DNA of 64,000 nt from NCBI GenBank assembly GCA_005884195.1, contig VBBP01000055.1, positions 15,021 through 79,020 of the forward strand, in the 5' to 3' direction. Shown piece after piece: positions 20,480 through 29,467 of the stretch. The first letter of the stretch is position 1. Each line of letters starts with the position of its first letter. Source of the DNA: Candidatus Bathyarchaeota archaeon (GTDB lineage Archaea; Thermoproteota; Bathyarchaeia; 40CM-2-53-6). Under the pieces are notes generated by a model. The model was not told the DNA's origin and ran no database searches. It was given only the letters and a program-made list of their open reading frames with translations. Position numbers and translations under genes: made by a program.

Positions 20480-22306
20480 TTGTGCGGAATATTCGGCTGC
20501 GTCCTCTACGATGGTAAAGAAGCCGCCCCGCTCATACACGCCGCGCTGAAACGGCTCGAGTATCGAGGATACGACTCGGTCGGCGAAGCGACCATATCCG
20601 ACGGAACCCTTACGGTAAAGAAGGATAGCGGACGACTTGGCGAGGTCCACGCCAAGTACAATCTCGACCTTCTACCCGGACCAGTAGGCGTCGGACACAC
20701 CCGCTGGGCAACCCATGGACGGCCAGTCAAGGAAAATTCTCATCCCCTAGTCGATTGTAAATCCCGCATCGCCGTCGTCCACAATGGCATCATCGAAAAC
20801 TATCTCGATCTCAAACGCGAACTTGAAACGAAAGGGCATAGGTTCGCCTCAAGAACAGACACTGAAGTCGTCCCACATCTGGTTGAGGAGTATCTGAGCC
20901 AAGGGCTCAGCTTGGAAGAGTCATTTAGGAAAACTATCAATCGTCTGGAAGGAGCTTACTCCATCGTCCTGACAAGTGTGGAGAAACCGAAGACGATTCT
21001 TTGCGCTCGCCAAGAAAGCCCTCTCGTCCTCGGATTGGGTGATGGAGAGTTCTACTGCGCCAGCGACATAGCTGCCTTCTTGCCGCTCACCCGAAAAGCA
21101 TTGATTCTGGAGGAGGGAGAAATGGCCGTTCTAGACCCTAACGGGATTAGGATTCTCAAGGCGAAGAACGGAGTCGCGGTAAATAGAGACGCTATCACAG
21201 TAACCTGGGACCCGGAGTCCGCCAAGAAACAGGGCTTCCGACACTACATGCTCAAGGAAATCCATGAGCAAGTCCACACGATACGGGACGCGATGAGAAC
21301 CCACGAGATCTATTATGATCTTCTCGCCAGCAAGATAATGGATGCAGAGAAGGTGTTCATTGTCGCTTGCGGAACCTCCTACCACGCCGGGCTCGTGGGA
21401 GCTCAAGCCCTCATGAAACTAGCCGGAATGAACGTTAGGGTCGTTGTCGCATCCGAGTTCTCAGACGAAGCCCTCGACCTCATCGACTCTAAAACTGCAA
21501 TCCTCGCCGTAAGCCAGTCCGGCGAGACAATGGACACTCTCAACGCAGTTAGAGACGCGAAAGCCAAGGGAGCATCAATTGTAAGCGTAACAAACGTCTT
21601 GGGTTCCACATTGATGCGCTTGTCCGATGTCTACATCGGACAGAACTCCGGGCCGGAGATTGGCGTTGCAGCGACAAAGACCTTCACCTCACAAGTCACC
21701 GTTCTCCTAAGACTCGCAATCGCGATTGGCAGAAAAAAGGGCGAAGTCTCATCAAAAGAGATCAGCGAGCTAGAAGAAGCGCTTCACCGGACCCCCGCCC
21801 TGATCCAGAACCTGCTCAATACAAGGGTCGAGGACGTGAAGAAGATTGCTGAGAGCTGCAGTGGGGCGTCGAGCATTTGCTTCCTCGGGAGAGGAATCAA
21901 CGTGCCAACATCCCTCGAAGGACGATTGAAACTTCTAGAGCTGAGCTACATCCCCGCGATGGCGTATCCTGCAGGCGAGAGCAAGCATGGCTTCATCGCA
22001 CTCATCGAGGAAGGATTCCCAGTAGTGTTCGTGGCACCGAAGGACGATACTCACAAGAAGATAATCGGTAACATTATGGAGATGAAAGCTCGCGGAGCAA
22101 GAGTCATCTCGATCATAGAAGAAGGAGACGAAGAAATCAGAAACCTATCAGACGACGTGATCGAGATACCGGAAGCCCTCCCCTCACTCGCCACCCCAAT
22201 CGTCTACGTCGTTCCGCTGCAACTCCTAGCATACCACATGTCAATAATCTTAGGCCACGACCCAGACTATCCAAGAAACCTCGCAAAAAGCGTCACCGTA
22301 GAATAG
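20480..22306 (+). CDS. glmS: glutamine--fructose-6-phosphate aminotransferase
   Basis: Starts at the TTG giving MCGIFGC (Ntn Cys). Two SIS domains follow. Confidence 0.9.
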   Translation: MCGIFGCVLYDGKEAAPLIHAALKRLEYRGYDSVGEATISDGTLTVKKDSGRLGEVHAKYNLDLLPGPVGVGHTRWATHGRPVKENSHPLVDCKSRIAVVHNGIIENYLDLKRELETKGHRFASRTDTEVVPHLVEEYLSQGLSLEESFRKTINRLEGAYSIVLTSVEKPKTILCARQESPLVLGLGDGEFYCASDIAAFLPLTRKALILEEGEMAVLDPNGIRILKAKNGVAVNRDAITVTWDPESAKKQGFRHYMLKEIHEQVHTIRDAMRTHEIYYDLLASKIMDAEKVFIVACGTSYHAGLVGAQALMKLAGMNVRVVVASEFSDEALDLIDSKTAILAVSQSGETMDTLNAVRDAKAKGASIVSVTNVLGSTLMRLSDVYIGQNSGPEIGVAATKTFTSQVTVLLRLAIAIGRKKGEVSSKEISELEEALHRTPALIQNLLNTRVEDVKKIAESCSGASSICFLGRGINVPTSLEGRLKLLELSYIPAMAYPAGESKHGFIALIEEGFPVVFVAPKDDTHKKIIGNIMEMKARGARVISIIEEGDEEIRNLSDDVIEIPEALPSLATPIVYVVPLQLLAYHMSIILGHDPDYPRNLAKSVTVE

Positions 22307-22322
22307 TCAGGCCGCGATCTCC

Positions 22323-22718
22323 TTGACGGATCCCGCTGAGGAACAGCGAATGCTAGAAGAGAAAGTGGGCAAGGCCTTGGACGAGGCGAGAGCCAAGCTC
22401 GACACGGCGCTGGGCAGTCTCTCCAAGGGTGGGGCGGAATCGGAGAAGAAAGTCTGGTGGGCCGAGGAAGCAGCCGAATACAGCAGTCTGCTCTACTCCC
22501 TCACCTATGGTCTCGAGGACGAGGACCCTCCTGTTCCGGTGAGGAAAAGGAACGCCGAGCCCATCCCGCTGGTCAAGGAATCTTCGGAATCGCTACGTCA
22601 CGCGACAGAGCTTCGCGGCAAGTCTTCCTTGGAAGGATACCGTAATCTCCGGACTGCAGTCTACAAGCTGAGGCAAGCACACCACATTCTCGAAAAAGCT
22701 GGTTCGAAGAAGCGCTAG
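22323..22718 (+). CDS. hypothetical protein
   Basis: ORF only; helical, charged. Confidence 0.35.
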   Translation: MTDPAEEQRMLEEKVGKALDEARAKLDTALGSLSKGGAESEKKVWWAEEAAEYSSLLYSLTYGLEDEDPPVPVRKRNAEPIPLVKESSESLRHATELRGKSSLEGYRNLRTAVYKLRQAHHILEKAGSKKR

Positions 22719-22768
22719 TCTTTAACTAGAGGCTGGGCTGGCGCAAGCCCTCTCGCGGGCGCTTCAGC

Positions 22769-23707
22769 ATGTTCCGATCAGTAGTCTGCCTAGCAGGCGG
22801 GGTAGGCGCGGCACGTTTCTTGGATGGCCTTGCGCAAGTCTATCCGCCGGAAAGGGTGACGGCGATCGTCAACACTGGAGACGACCTTGACTATCTCGGT
22901 GTCCACATCAGCCCTGACATTGACATTGTTACGTACACCCTCGCTGGAATCGTTGACAAGGGAAAGGGCTACGGGATCGCTGGAGACACGTACAATTGCA
23001 TGGCGCAACTCGAGCGTTACTCTGCGGAAACATGGTTTCGCATAGGCGACAGGGATTTCGCGACGCACCTTCTCAGAACAGCCTTTCTCCAACAGGGCTT
23101 TAGCCAATCGGAGTTGACTGAGAAGATTCGACTGTTCTTGGGCGTGAAGATCAGGATCCTTCCTATGACGGACCAGATGGTTGCTACCAAGATCAAGACC
23201 GCTGTGGGACTCCTGGATTTCCAGGAGTATTTCGTCAAGAGAAGGTTCGAGGATAATGTGGAAGACGTGAGCTACGAGGGCGCAAGCGTGGCGATGCCCG
23301 CTCCAGGCGTTGTGGAATCGATTGAGAAATCAGAAGTTATCATCTTATGTCCAAGTAATCCTATTCTTAGCATCGGACCGATCCTCGCCATTCCTGGTAT
23401 TCGCAACGCTCTCGCAAGAACCAAAGGCCGGATTCTCGGTATCAGTCCTATCGTTGGGGGAAGATCGATAAAGGGTCCGTTAGATCGTATCATGCGCCAC
23501 TTGGGTTTAGAAGTCTCACCCCTCGGAGTTGCCCAGCTCTACAAGGGACTCTTGAGAGGCTTCGTTATCGACGATGTCGACAAGTCCGTAGCCCCCAAGA
23601 TTAACAGCCTTGGAATGAAGGTCGCATCAACCCAGACGATAATGGATTCATCGGCCGCGAGAGTCAGGTTGGCAGAAGATACCTTGAGGCTGGCTGAGAC
23701 CCTTTGA
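22769..23707 (+). CDS. cofD: 2-phospho-L-lactate transferase (F420 biosynthesis)
   Basis: VVCLAGGVGAARFL ... AIVNTGDD ... GVHISPD motifs of the CofD/UPF0052 family. Confidence 0.78.
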   Translation: MFRSVVCLAGGVGAARFLDGLAQVYPPERVTAIVNTGDDLDYLGVHISPDIDIVTYTLAGIVDKGKGYGIAGDTYNCMAQLERYSAETWFRIGDRDFATHLLRTAFLQQGFSQSELTEKIRLFLGVKIRILPMTDQMVATKIKTAVGLLDFQEYFVKRRFEDNVEDVSYEGASVAMPAPGVVESIEKSEVIILCPSNPILSIGPILAIPGIRNALARTKGRILGISPIVGGRSIKGPLDRIMRHLGLEVSPLGVAQLYKGLLRGFVIDDVDKSVAPKINSLGMKVASTQTIMDSSAARVRLAEDTLRLAETL

Positions 23708-24372
23708 CAAAAGACTTCGCAATCATCCCAGTCAAAGGAGTGGTCGAAAGCAAGAGCAGGCTCGTTCGCTCCCTAAGCCCACAGGACAAGAAAAAACTCG
23801 TCATTGCTTTATTGGAAGACGTGCTAGCTGCAGTCACAGAATCTCAACTTTTCAGCCGGGTCCTAGTTGTTTCCCCTGACCCCAATGTCGAGAAAGAGGC
23901 GAACTTGCCGAATGGGACATTTCTCCACCAAGAAGGACAGGGGCTCAACGCAGGCATCCGACAATCAACGCTTTTCGCTATGCGCGAGAAGGCATCGTCC
24001 GTGGCTGTCCTGTTGGCTGACATCCCGATGCTAGAACCGCGAGATTTGAAAGAGCTATACTCAGTGGGAAGCACCGCCCCGAAGGTTGTCGTGTCCCCTT
24101 CCCTAAAGGGAGGGACCAATGTAATGGTGCAAGAGCCTCCTAACCTTATCGCACCTGCGTATGGAAGATGGAGCTTTAGCACCCATCTTCGAGCAGCGCA
24201 GAAGGCAGGGCTTGCTGTCTATTCCATCTCAAACCCACGTCTGTCGTTCGACGTCGACACTCTTGAAGATCTGATCGCTGTCGCAAGAAAGGATCCTCAC
24301 GGAAAAACTCGCACTGCAAAATGTCTTCAAGAAATGACATTGCTTCACGTCCTTGCCCGAGGCTCGAAGTAG
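23704..24372 (+). CDS. cofC: 2-phospho-L-lactate guanylyltransferase
   Basis: IIPVKGVVESKSRL N-terminus of the MobA-like NTP-transferase family. ATGA overlap with cofD. Confidence 0.68.
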   Translation: MTKDFAIIPVKGVVESKSRLVRSLSPQDKKKLVIALLEDVLAAVTESQLFSRVLVVSPDPNVEKEANLPNGTFLHQEGQGLNAGIRQSTLFAMREKASSVAVLLADIPMLEPRDLKELYSVGSTAPKVVVSPSLKGGTNVMVQEPPNLIAPAYGRWSFSTHLRAAQKAGLAVYSISNPRLSFDVDTLEDLIAVARKDPHGKTRTAKCLQEMTLLHVLARGSK

Positions 24373-24449
24373 GTCCCTGTCAGCCCAAGCTTGCAACTCA
24401 TTCTTGAGTAGAAACTCTTTTATGAGTAGATTCTCGCCCGCCGGCTGAA

Positions 24450-25193
24450 ATGCGCTCGCCGAGTGTAAACATCAAGCCAACGGTTGTAATAGCTGGGGCT
24501 GCAACTTTCGGCGCGCTGGCGGCACTCATCTCTTTGCTTGCTCCGCCAGCGATTCAGCCGTCGTTTCCGATCTTGTTTTACTTGAAATTCGATGTCGCTG
24601 AGATAGTTGATGTTGCCGCGTTTCTCATATTTGGTCCAGTCGCTGGGCTAGTTACTGCAGCGGTTCATGGGACAATCCTCACAGCTGCACCTGGGGGGGC
24701 AGGACCATTCGGTGCAAGTCTGAAGTTCCTCTCAGTTCTCTCAACTTACGGCGGATTGATCTTGGCTTCGAAATTGGGAAGACACAAGCTCTTGACAACT
24801 GGTTCGATAATGACCGTTGCAGGTATACTGGTAAGAGTTGTTGTGATGACACTCGTGAACTATCTATACTTGATTGTCCTCGCGCAGGCTGTTTTTGGCA
24901 TTGACTATGCGAGTTTTGCCCAATTTACTCTGAGCCAGGTTGGAGTCAATCTGACAGGGACTGGATTCGTTGTCTACATTCTTGGGTTAACTGCTATCTT
25001 CAATGCGATTCATGCTGTGTTCTCTATCGTCGTTTCGCTTGTGCTAGTAAATGCGATTCTGACAAGGGCTCCTCAGTTGGTGGCAGGCCGGGAATGGATT
25101 CGAAGGACTCTGACAGTTCCAGGAACTGCGAAGGGTCTTTCAGTTTTGCCGAACGATCGGGGCAGTTCGAACTCTCGGACCTCGGGCAACTGA
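24450..25193 (+). CDS. integral membrane protein (possible ECF-type transporter S component)
   Basis: About 6 TM helices. Weak family resemblance only. Confidence 0.4.
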   Translation: MRSPSVNIKPTVVIAGAATFGALAALISLLAPPAIQPSFPILFYLKFDVAEIVDVAAFLIFGPVAGLVTAAVHGTILTAAPGGAGPFGASLKFLSVLSTYGGLILASKLGRHKLLTTGSIMTVAGILVRVVVMTLVNYLYLIVLAQAVFGIDYASFAQFTLSQVGVNLTGTGFVVYILGLTAIFNAIHAVFSIVVSLVLVNAILTRAPQLVAGREWIRRTLTVPGTAKGLSVLPNDRGSSNSRTSGN

Positions 25194-26192
25194 CCTTAGG
25201 TCTATCAAATTCTCCTCGTTTGGACCGGTACCGATAAGCGTGACCGGAACCCCTGTCTCTTTCTCGATCTTGGAGATGAATGCCCTAGCGCCATCGTCGA
25301 GATCTTCAAGATGGCGAGCACCCTTGGCACTGGGGAATAGCACATCGAGCTTGGTCACCGCGATCTGAGTCGCCCCGTTAAGTTGAACGGCTCTTCTTGC
25401 GAGCTTGAAATCGAAAGGTGCGGCTCTCCTCTCTCGTCCGGTAACAGTTCCAAACTCTGTCCAACCGCGGCGTGCGACTTCCTCGCGATCTAGTTGGCCT
25501 TCAAGCGGTCCTTCTCCTACTCGTGTCACGTATGCCTTGAAGATGACTATGACATCGTCAACTTGAGTGGGACCCACTCCGACATCGGCGCACGCAGCAG
25601 AGGCTGTTGTGTCTTTTGACGTGACGTAAGGATAGGTTCCATGATAGAGGCTCAGAAAAGTGCCCTGTGTTCCTTCGATAATGATCTTTTTGTTCTCTGC
25701 AAGAGCTCTCTGAATTTCTCCAACCGTATCGCCGACGTACGGTTTGAGACTTGGAATCGTCTGAGCCATTTTGGCCATTCTCAAGGCTCGTTCTGCATTA
25801 CAGGCTCCGACTCCGCTTTTAGTTGAGCCAACTTTGTTTGACAGGTGATCCGATCGTGATTCCTGCTCTTTGTGGCGTGGTTCAACAATGGCGCACTGAT
25901 TATCGACCTCGATTCTTCGTTCTGAGTCGGTTTTCCGGAGTTCGTCCAGCAATACAGTCGGGTCAACGGGGACTCCGGGTCCAATGAGAAGCCGTGTAGC
26001 GCGGTTCACAAAGCCGCTCGGGATGAGTCTAAGCGAGTACTGGACCCCGCCGTGAATTACAGTGTGGCCGGCGTTCGGTCCGTTCCCGCCCCTCACGCAT
26101 ATGTCGGGCTTGTCCTTCATTGCTAGATAAGCGGCTATCTTCCCCTTCCCCTCATCTCCAAAGAATCCGCCGACAATGACCGTGCAGGGCAA
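25140..26192 (-). CDS. purA: adenylosuccinate synthetase
   Basis: GGFFGDEGKGK P-loop and GHTV motifs. Confidence 0.9.
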   Translation of the reverse strand: MPCTVIVGGFFGDEGKGKIAAYLAMKDKPDICVRGGNGPNAGHTVIHGGVQYSLRLIPSGFVNRATRLLIGPGVPVDPTVLLDELRKTDSERRIEVDNQCAIVEPRHKEQESRSDHLSNKVGSTKSGVGACNAERALRMAKMAQTIPSLKPYVGDTVGEIQRALAENKKIIIEGTQGTFLSLYHGTYPYVTSKDTTASAACADVGVGPTQVDDVIVIFKAYVTRVGEGPLEGQLDREEVARRGWTEFGTVTGRERRAAPFDFKLARRAVQLNGATQIAVTKLDVLFPSAKGARHLEDLDDGARAFISKIEKETGVPVTLIGTGPNEENLIDLRSVARGPRVRTAPIVRQN

Positions 26193-26413
26193 CAGGTATC
26201 CACGCAGCGTAGAACTACAATAGAATAAGACTTTTGAAATGATTCTCTGAAAACTAATTCTGATCTAGCACAGATCTTCGATCTGCCGAATCCTAAGACG
26301 CGAGATGGGGAGCCTCTCGATTTAACCGGCATGAAGGGGGGTGCGGCAGGTTCTAAAATTGGCTGGAAAAAACGGTGGAGAGTGCGGCTGGAAAGGCCAC
26401 ACTTATGTCCGGC

Positions 26414-27844
26414 TTATGGGTCGTGGGAGTGTTCGTAGCCGGGGACTGGGTGCGGGAGATAGGGAAATACCGACAGGAACGACGCGGTATTTGGTGGCTG
26501 GACAGGGTTGCCTGCCGGGATGCCCTGGGTTACCAGACTTACCGCGCCGTCTGTGGTGAAATTCCTGTCTACCAGTGGTAAGGTCGCGCCAGCTATCGCT
26601 TTGATCTCGATGTCCACAACATCGTCTAGTACTCTTCGTCCGTTGGGGAATCCTGCCGGGTCTCCGCCTACGAGTCCCAGTCGGTTGGGGTTCGTGGTGT
26701 TTGGAGGAATTGCAAGGTTGAGACGAAGGTAGTCAGCCTGGAGAGGCCCTGTGAAGTTCTGGAACCCTGGAATTATGCCCGCCGGTATTCCCGTTAGGAG
26801 TATTGCGATGAGGTCTGCGCGCGCCTCGGTTACCGCTGCCAGGTTCGGGAAGACTCCGGGGTAGAGCACGGGGAGTAGTTTCTGAAGTTCTGGTGTCTGG
26901 TAATACTTGAGGAATTGAGAGTCGAACCTAGGAAGTGAAGTGTTCCAGAAGTCTTTCTTTCCCAACGGGATTATTACCTCATTGATCAGAGGCATTCCAA
27001 GCCGGGACACTTGTGTAAAAGGCCCAGTGACGACCTCGTCAGATCGGTTGTCGCCTGATTGGTTGTCGTCTCCGTCGGTGGGAAGGATGGCTGCCCTTTG
27101 TCTACTCGCGGATGCCCATATTCCGATCGTAGAGTTCTTTCCCAGTGGATCAGTGGGGTTTGATCCATCCGATGTCAGTTTGTTCCTTGGTACTTGTATT
27201 GCGATGCTATGAACGCTGAATCCTTTTGTGGCGTCAACGCCTGGAGCCGCGGGTGTAGGTATGAGGTGGAAATTCTGGACTGGTCTGAGAGCTCCCAGGT
27301 CGAATATTGATCCGAGATCTACGTAGAACGCTTCGTCTCTCTGGCCGGCGAAGACCGTCGAGCTATCGCTCAATGTGTTGATCGCGGTGTTTGCGAGGTT
27401 GGCATAGTTCGGCGTTGACCGAGGTCCGATGTTGACGGGTGGGGTTGGGAGGTTCCTGCCTAGATTCGTGGATGAACCTCTCCTTCTTGGTCCAACAACT
27501 TTTGTGACTGAGTAGGATTGTTTCACGTTCCATGAGGAATCGGTGAGGGATCCGATTGGGCCGGTGTTGTAGAGGAAGGTGTCTGGGTTTCCGATCATGG
27601 TCTTGAATCTGAACTGGTAGGTTATGTCTTCTATTCCGTCGCCGTTGTTGTCTATTACGATCTCATAGAGCACGTCGTCCCCAAAGGTGTTGAAGTTGGG
27701 GCCTCCCGCTGGTTCCTCTAACGGAATGTAGTTAGCTAGGATAGTTGCTGTGTCAGGCTTGTCAGGGCTAACAAAAGCATAGAGGTCGGTGTTGTCAGCG
27801 ACCGGGTCCTTGGAGATTTTGGGCGCTTCTCTGTGGGATGTCAT
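26414..27844 (-). CDS. DUF4331 family protein (bacterial-type), no signal peptide
   Basis: Hallmark N-terminus MTSHREAPKISKDPVADNTDLYAFVSPD of the DUF4331 family, with a long Gly/Asn/Pro/Thr-rich beta-type body. Confidence 0.78.
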   Translation of the reverse strand: MTSHREAPKISKDPVADNTDLYAFVSPDKPDTATILANYIPLEEPAGGPNFNTFGDDVLYEIVIDNNGDGIEDITYQFRFKTMIGNPDTFLYNTGPIGSLTDSSWNVKQSYSVTKVVGPRRRGSSTNLGRNLPTPPVNIGPRSTPNYANLANTAINTLSDSSTVFAGQRDEAFYVDLGSIFDLGALRPVQNFHLIPTPAAPGVDATKGFSVHSIAIQVPRNKLTSDGSNPTDPLGKNSTIGIWASASRQRAAILPTDGDDNQSGDNRSDEVVTGPFTQVSRLGMPLINEVIIPLGKKDFWNTSLPRFDSQFLKYYQTPELQKLLPVLYPGVFPNLAAVTEARADLIAILLTGIPAGIIPGFQNFTGPLQADYLRLNLAIPPNTTNPNRLGLVGGDPAGFPNGRRVLDDVVDIEIKAIAGATLPLVDRNFTTDGAVSLVTQGIPAGNPVQPPNTASFLSVFPYLPHPVPGYEHSHDP

Positions 27845-27847
27845 CGT

Positions 27848-28159
27848 CTAGTTTCCTGCTCGTAGCTTGTCCGCAATCCGGGCGGCCAATCCTGCATCTT
27901 TCACCTTCACGGATAGCTGGCCATTCATGACGGTTAGTTGATCACCGCTTACAGAGGCAACAATCGGCTCTGCGCTGTCGTTCGTCGCCGGGGTTTTCGG
28001 CTGCTCTGCTGGAATGGGAATCTTGCCCATGAGGGCCGTGGCGCCGGCCGCTACCGCAGCGGCTCCTACGCCGAATTTCAAGAAGTCTCTTCGGGATATC
28101 TTGTTTCTTGAGTCCTGTTCGGACTCGGCTTTCTCGTCAGTCTTCTTATTCTCTTTCAA
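27848..28159 (-). CDS. small secreted protein with a twin-arginine (Tat) signal peptide
   Basis: SRRDFLKFGVGAAAVAAGATALMG fits the Tat consensus plus a hydrophobic region. Likely TTG start at 28159 (the track extends to 28273). Ends at TAG, 3 nt before the DUF4331 ATG and in the same frame. Confidence 0.6.
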   Translation of the reverse strand: MKENKKTDEKAESEQDSRNKISRRDFLKFGVGAAAVAAGATALMGKIPIPAEQPKTPATNDSAEPIVASVSGDQLTVMNGQLSVKVKDAGLAARIADKLRAGN

Positions 28160-28402
28160 GGATTTCTGGCTGACATGGCTTGGATTGATTCTTAACGGTT
28201 TTTCCAAATTTCCCCGGAATCTGGCCCATATTCTACCTGGAGATAGCCGGAGAGGGCTACTCGCAATAGTCAATATCGCCGCAGATGTCTATCGCGAATC
28301 TAATCTCTAAGAACTCTCGCGAAAGGTCTGAGCTAGTGCGGAGTGAATTTCCGAGCGATTTGAGCTTGCGTTTGGAGAATGGGTGCGAGGAGTAGTTCTG
28401 CC

Positions 28403-28705
28403 CTATTTCCAGGTCACTCGGAGGAGGTTCGCTAGAGCAAGGGCCTCTCCGATATTTACAAGAAGCATGTAGGTGGACGCCTGATCCACGAAGGTGGCAG
28501 CGGAACTCACGTTTTGGAATAGAAACAGCCAGAATACTAGAATGGCTAGGTTCAGTACCACAAAGAAACTGCCAAAGAGAACGAGACCCAAGGTGAAGGA
28601 AGACTTGACCTTCCCGTACGTCCCGAGGTAGATTGCCAATAGTGCTAGGGTCATGGCTATGTTCGCGAAGGCAACTATTGCGCTAGCCCATAGTGCAAGA
28701 CCCAA
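28403..28705 (-). CDS. small membrane protein (3 TM)
   Basis: Hydrophobic helices. TTG start 11 nt after the arsR-like stop. Confidence 0.45.
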   Translation of the reverse strand: MGLALWASAIVAFANIAMTLALLAIYLGTYGKVKSSFTLGLVLFGSFFVVLNLAILVFWLFLFQNVSSAATFVDQASTYMLLVNIGEALALANLLRVTWK

Positions 28706-28716
28706 GCTTGGTCACT

Positions 28717-29142
28717 CTACTCCGGATTTGTTTTGTTTATCTTTCTTCTTCCAATTCTAGTCCAAATCTCGTCGAGGATCGGAAGCGCTTCTTCCATCTT
28801 AGAAGTAAGAAAGAGAACGGCACCATACGTTCCTTTTTCCGATGGAACGATTAGGCCATTCTCTTCTAGAACCCTAACGTGGTGTTGGATGGTTTTGTAG
28901 TCGACACCGAGAATTTGCGCAAGTTGATTAGCGTTGCAAGGACGGTTCTGGAGAGCCTTGATGATCTCAGCCCTGCTGGGTCCTCCACGTGTTCCAGCGA
29001 ACAGGTACCATAAGAGTCGTTTGAGATACTTCTCGCCATAGAGCGACGCCTTGGAGTCTTCCTTTGCCGTGGTGAGTAGAAATGGAATTCTGCGAATGAT
29101 TTGGCCAAGTTCAGGACGCAGTTGTGACTTTACAGTTATCAG
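28717..29142 (-). CDS. ArsR/SmtB-family winged-helix transcriptional regulator (missed by the ORF track)
   Basis: Hand translation of the minus strand gives ...PSRAEIIKALQNRPCNANQLAQILGVDYKTIQHHVRVLEENGLIV... No in-frame ATG/GTG/TTG near the N-terminus; CTG candidates at 29142 and 29121. The track's 28866..29108 ORF in another frame looks spurious. Confidence 0.6.
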   Translation of the reverse strand: MITVKSQLRPELGQIIRRIPFLLTTAKEDSKASLYGEKYLKRLLWYLFAGTRGGPSRAEIIKALQNRPCNANQLAQILGVDYKTIQHHVRVLEENGLIVPSEKGTYGAVLFLTSKMEEALPILDEIWTRIGRRKINKTNPE

Positions 29143-29303
29143 GCTGGATCATCTAGAGGATTGGTCGTCCGTTCGAATTATCTGGTTGGTCCCGTTATAA
29201 TATTTCTGCGACTCTGTCAAGACTTCGAGACTGGTCACGATAATTTCCTTTTTGGCTATCGGGAGGGTCAGGGTTGGTGTGAAATCTTAGAGGAATTGGG
29301 ATT

Positions 29304-29334
29304 CGGGCGGACAATGTTATTATCAGCCCGCCCG
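29304..29334. promoter_or_regulatory. GC-clamped inverted repeat (CGGGCGG-N16-CCGCCCG) upstream of the arsR-like gene
   Basis: Perfect 7-bp arms seen in the sequence, lying between the tatC stop and the arsR-like start. Confidence 0.3.
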
Positions 29335-29467
29335 ATGTCGTTCGTCATTGCGTCGGCTGAGAACGCTCCGTCCGCATGTATTGCGGAAATTCATCATCTA
29401 ATTCCGACTCTGGATCTGGGTCTTTTAACTCATCTGGAGCGCTCCGTTGCGTGAATGAACCATCAGG

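Noticed and set aside
1198-28273. UAG recoding (pyrrolysine or global readthrough) as an explanation for the in-frame gatD-TAG-gatE and Tat-ORF-TAG-DUF4331 arrangements
   Set aside because: TAG is the single most frequent stop codon among confidently identified genes in this window, including lrp, trpA, glmS, cofC, etfB, pyrG and nucS. It therefore cannot be a general sense codon here. Two in-frame junctions are also within chance expectation (1/3 each). Gene-specific readthrough remains possible only as a weak alternative.
28866-29108. 80-aa minus-strand ORF from the track
   Set aside because: A different frame over the same DNA encodes a clear ArsR-family HTH protein. The track ORF is Arg/Ser-rich and has no features.
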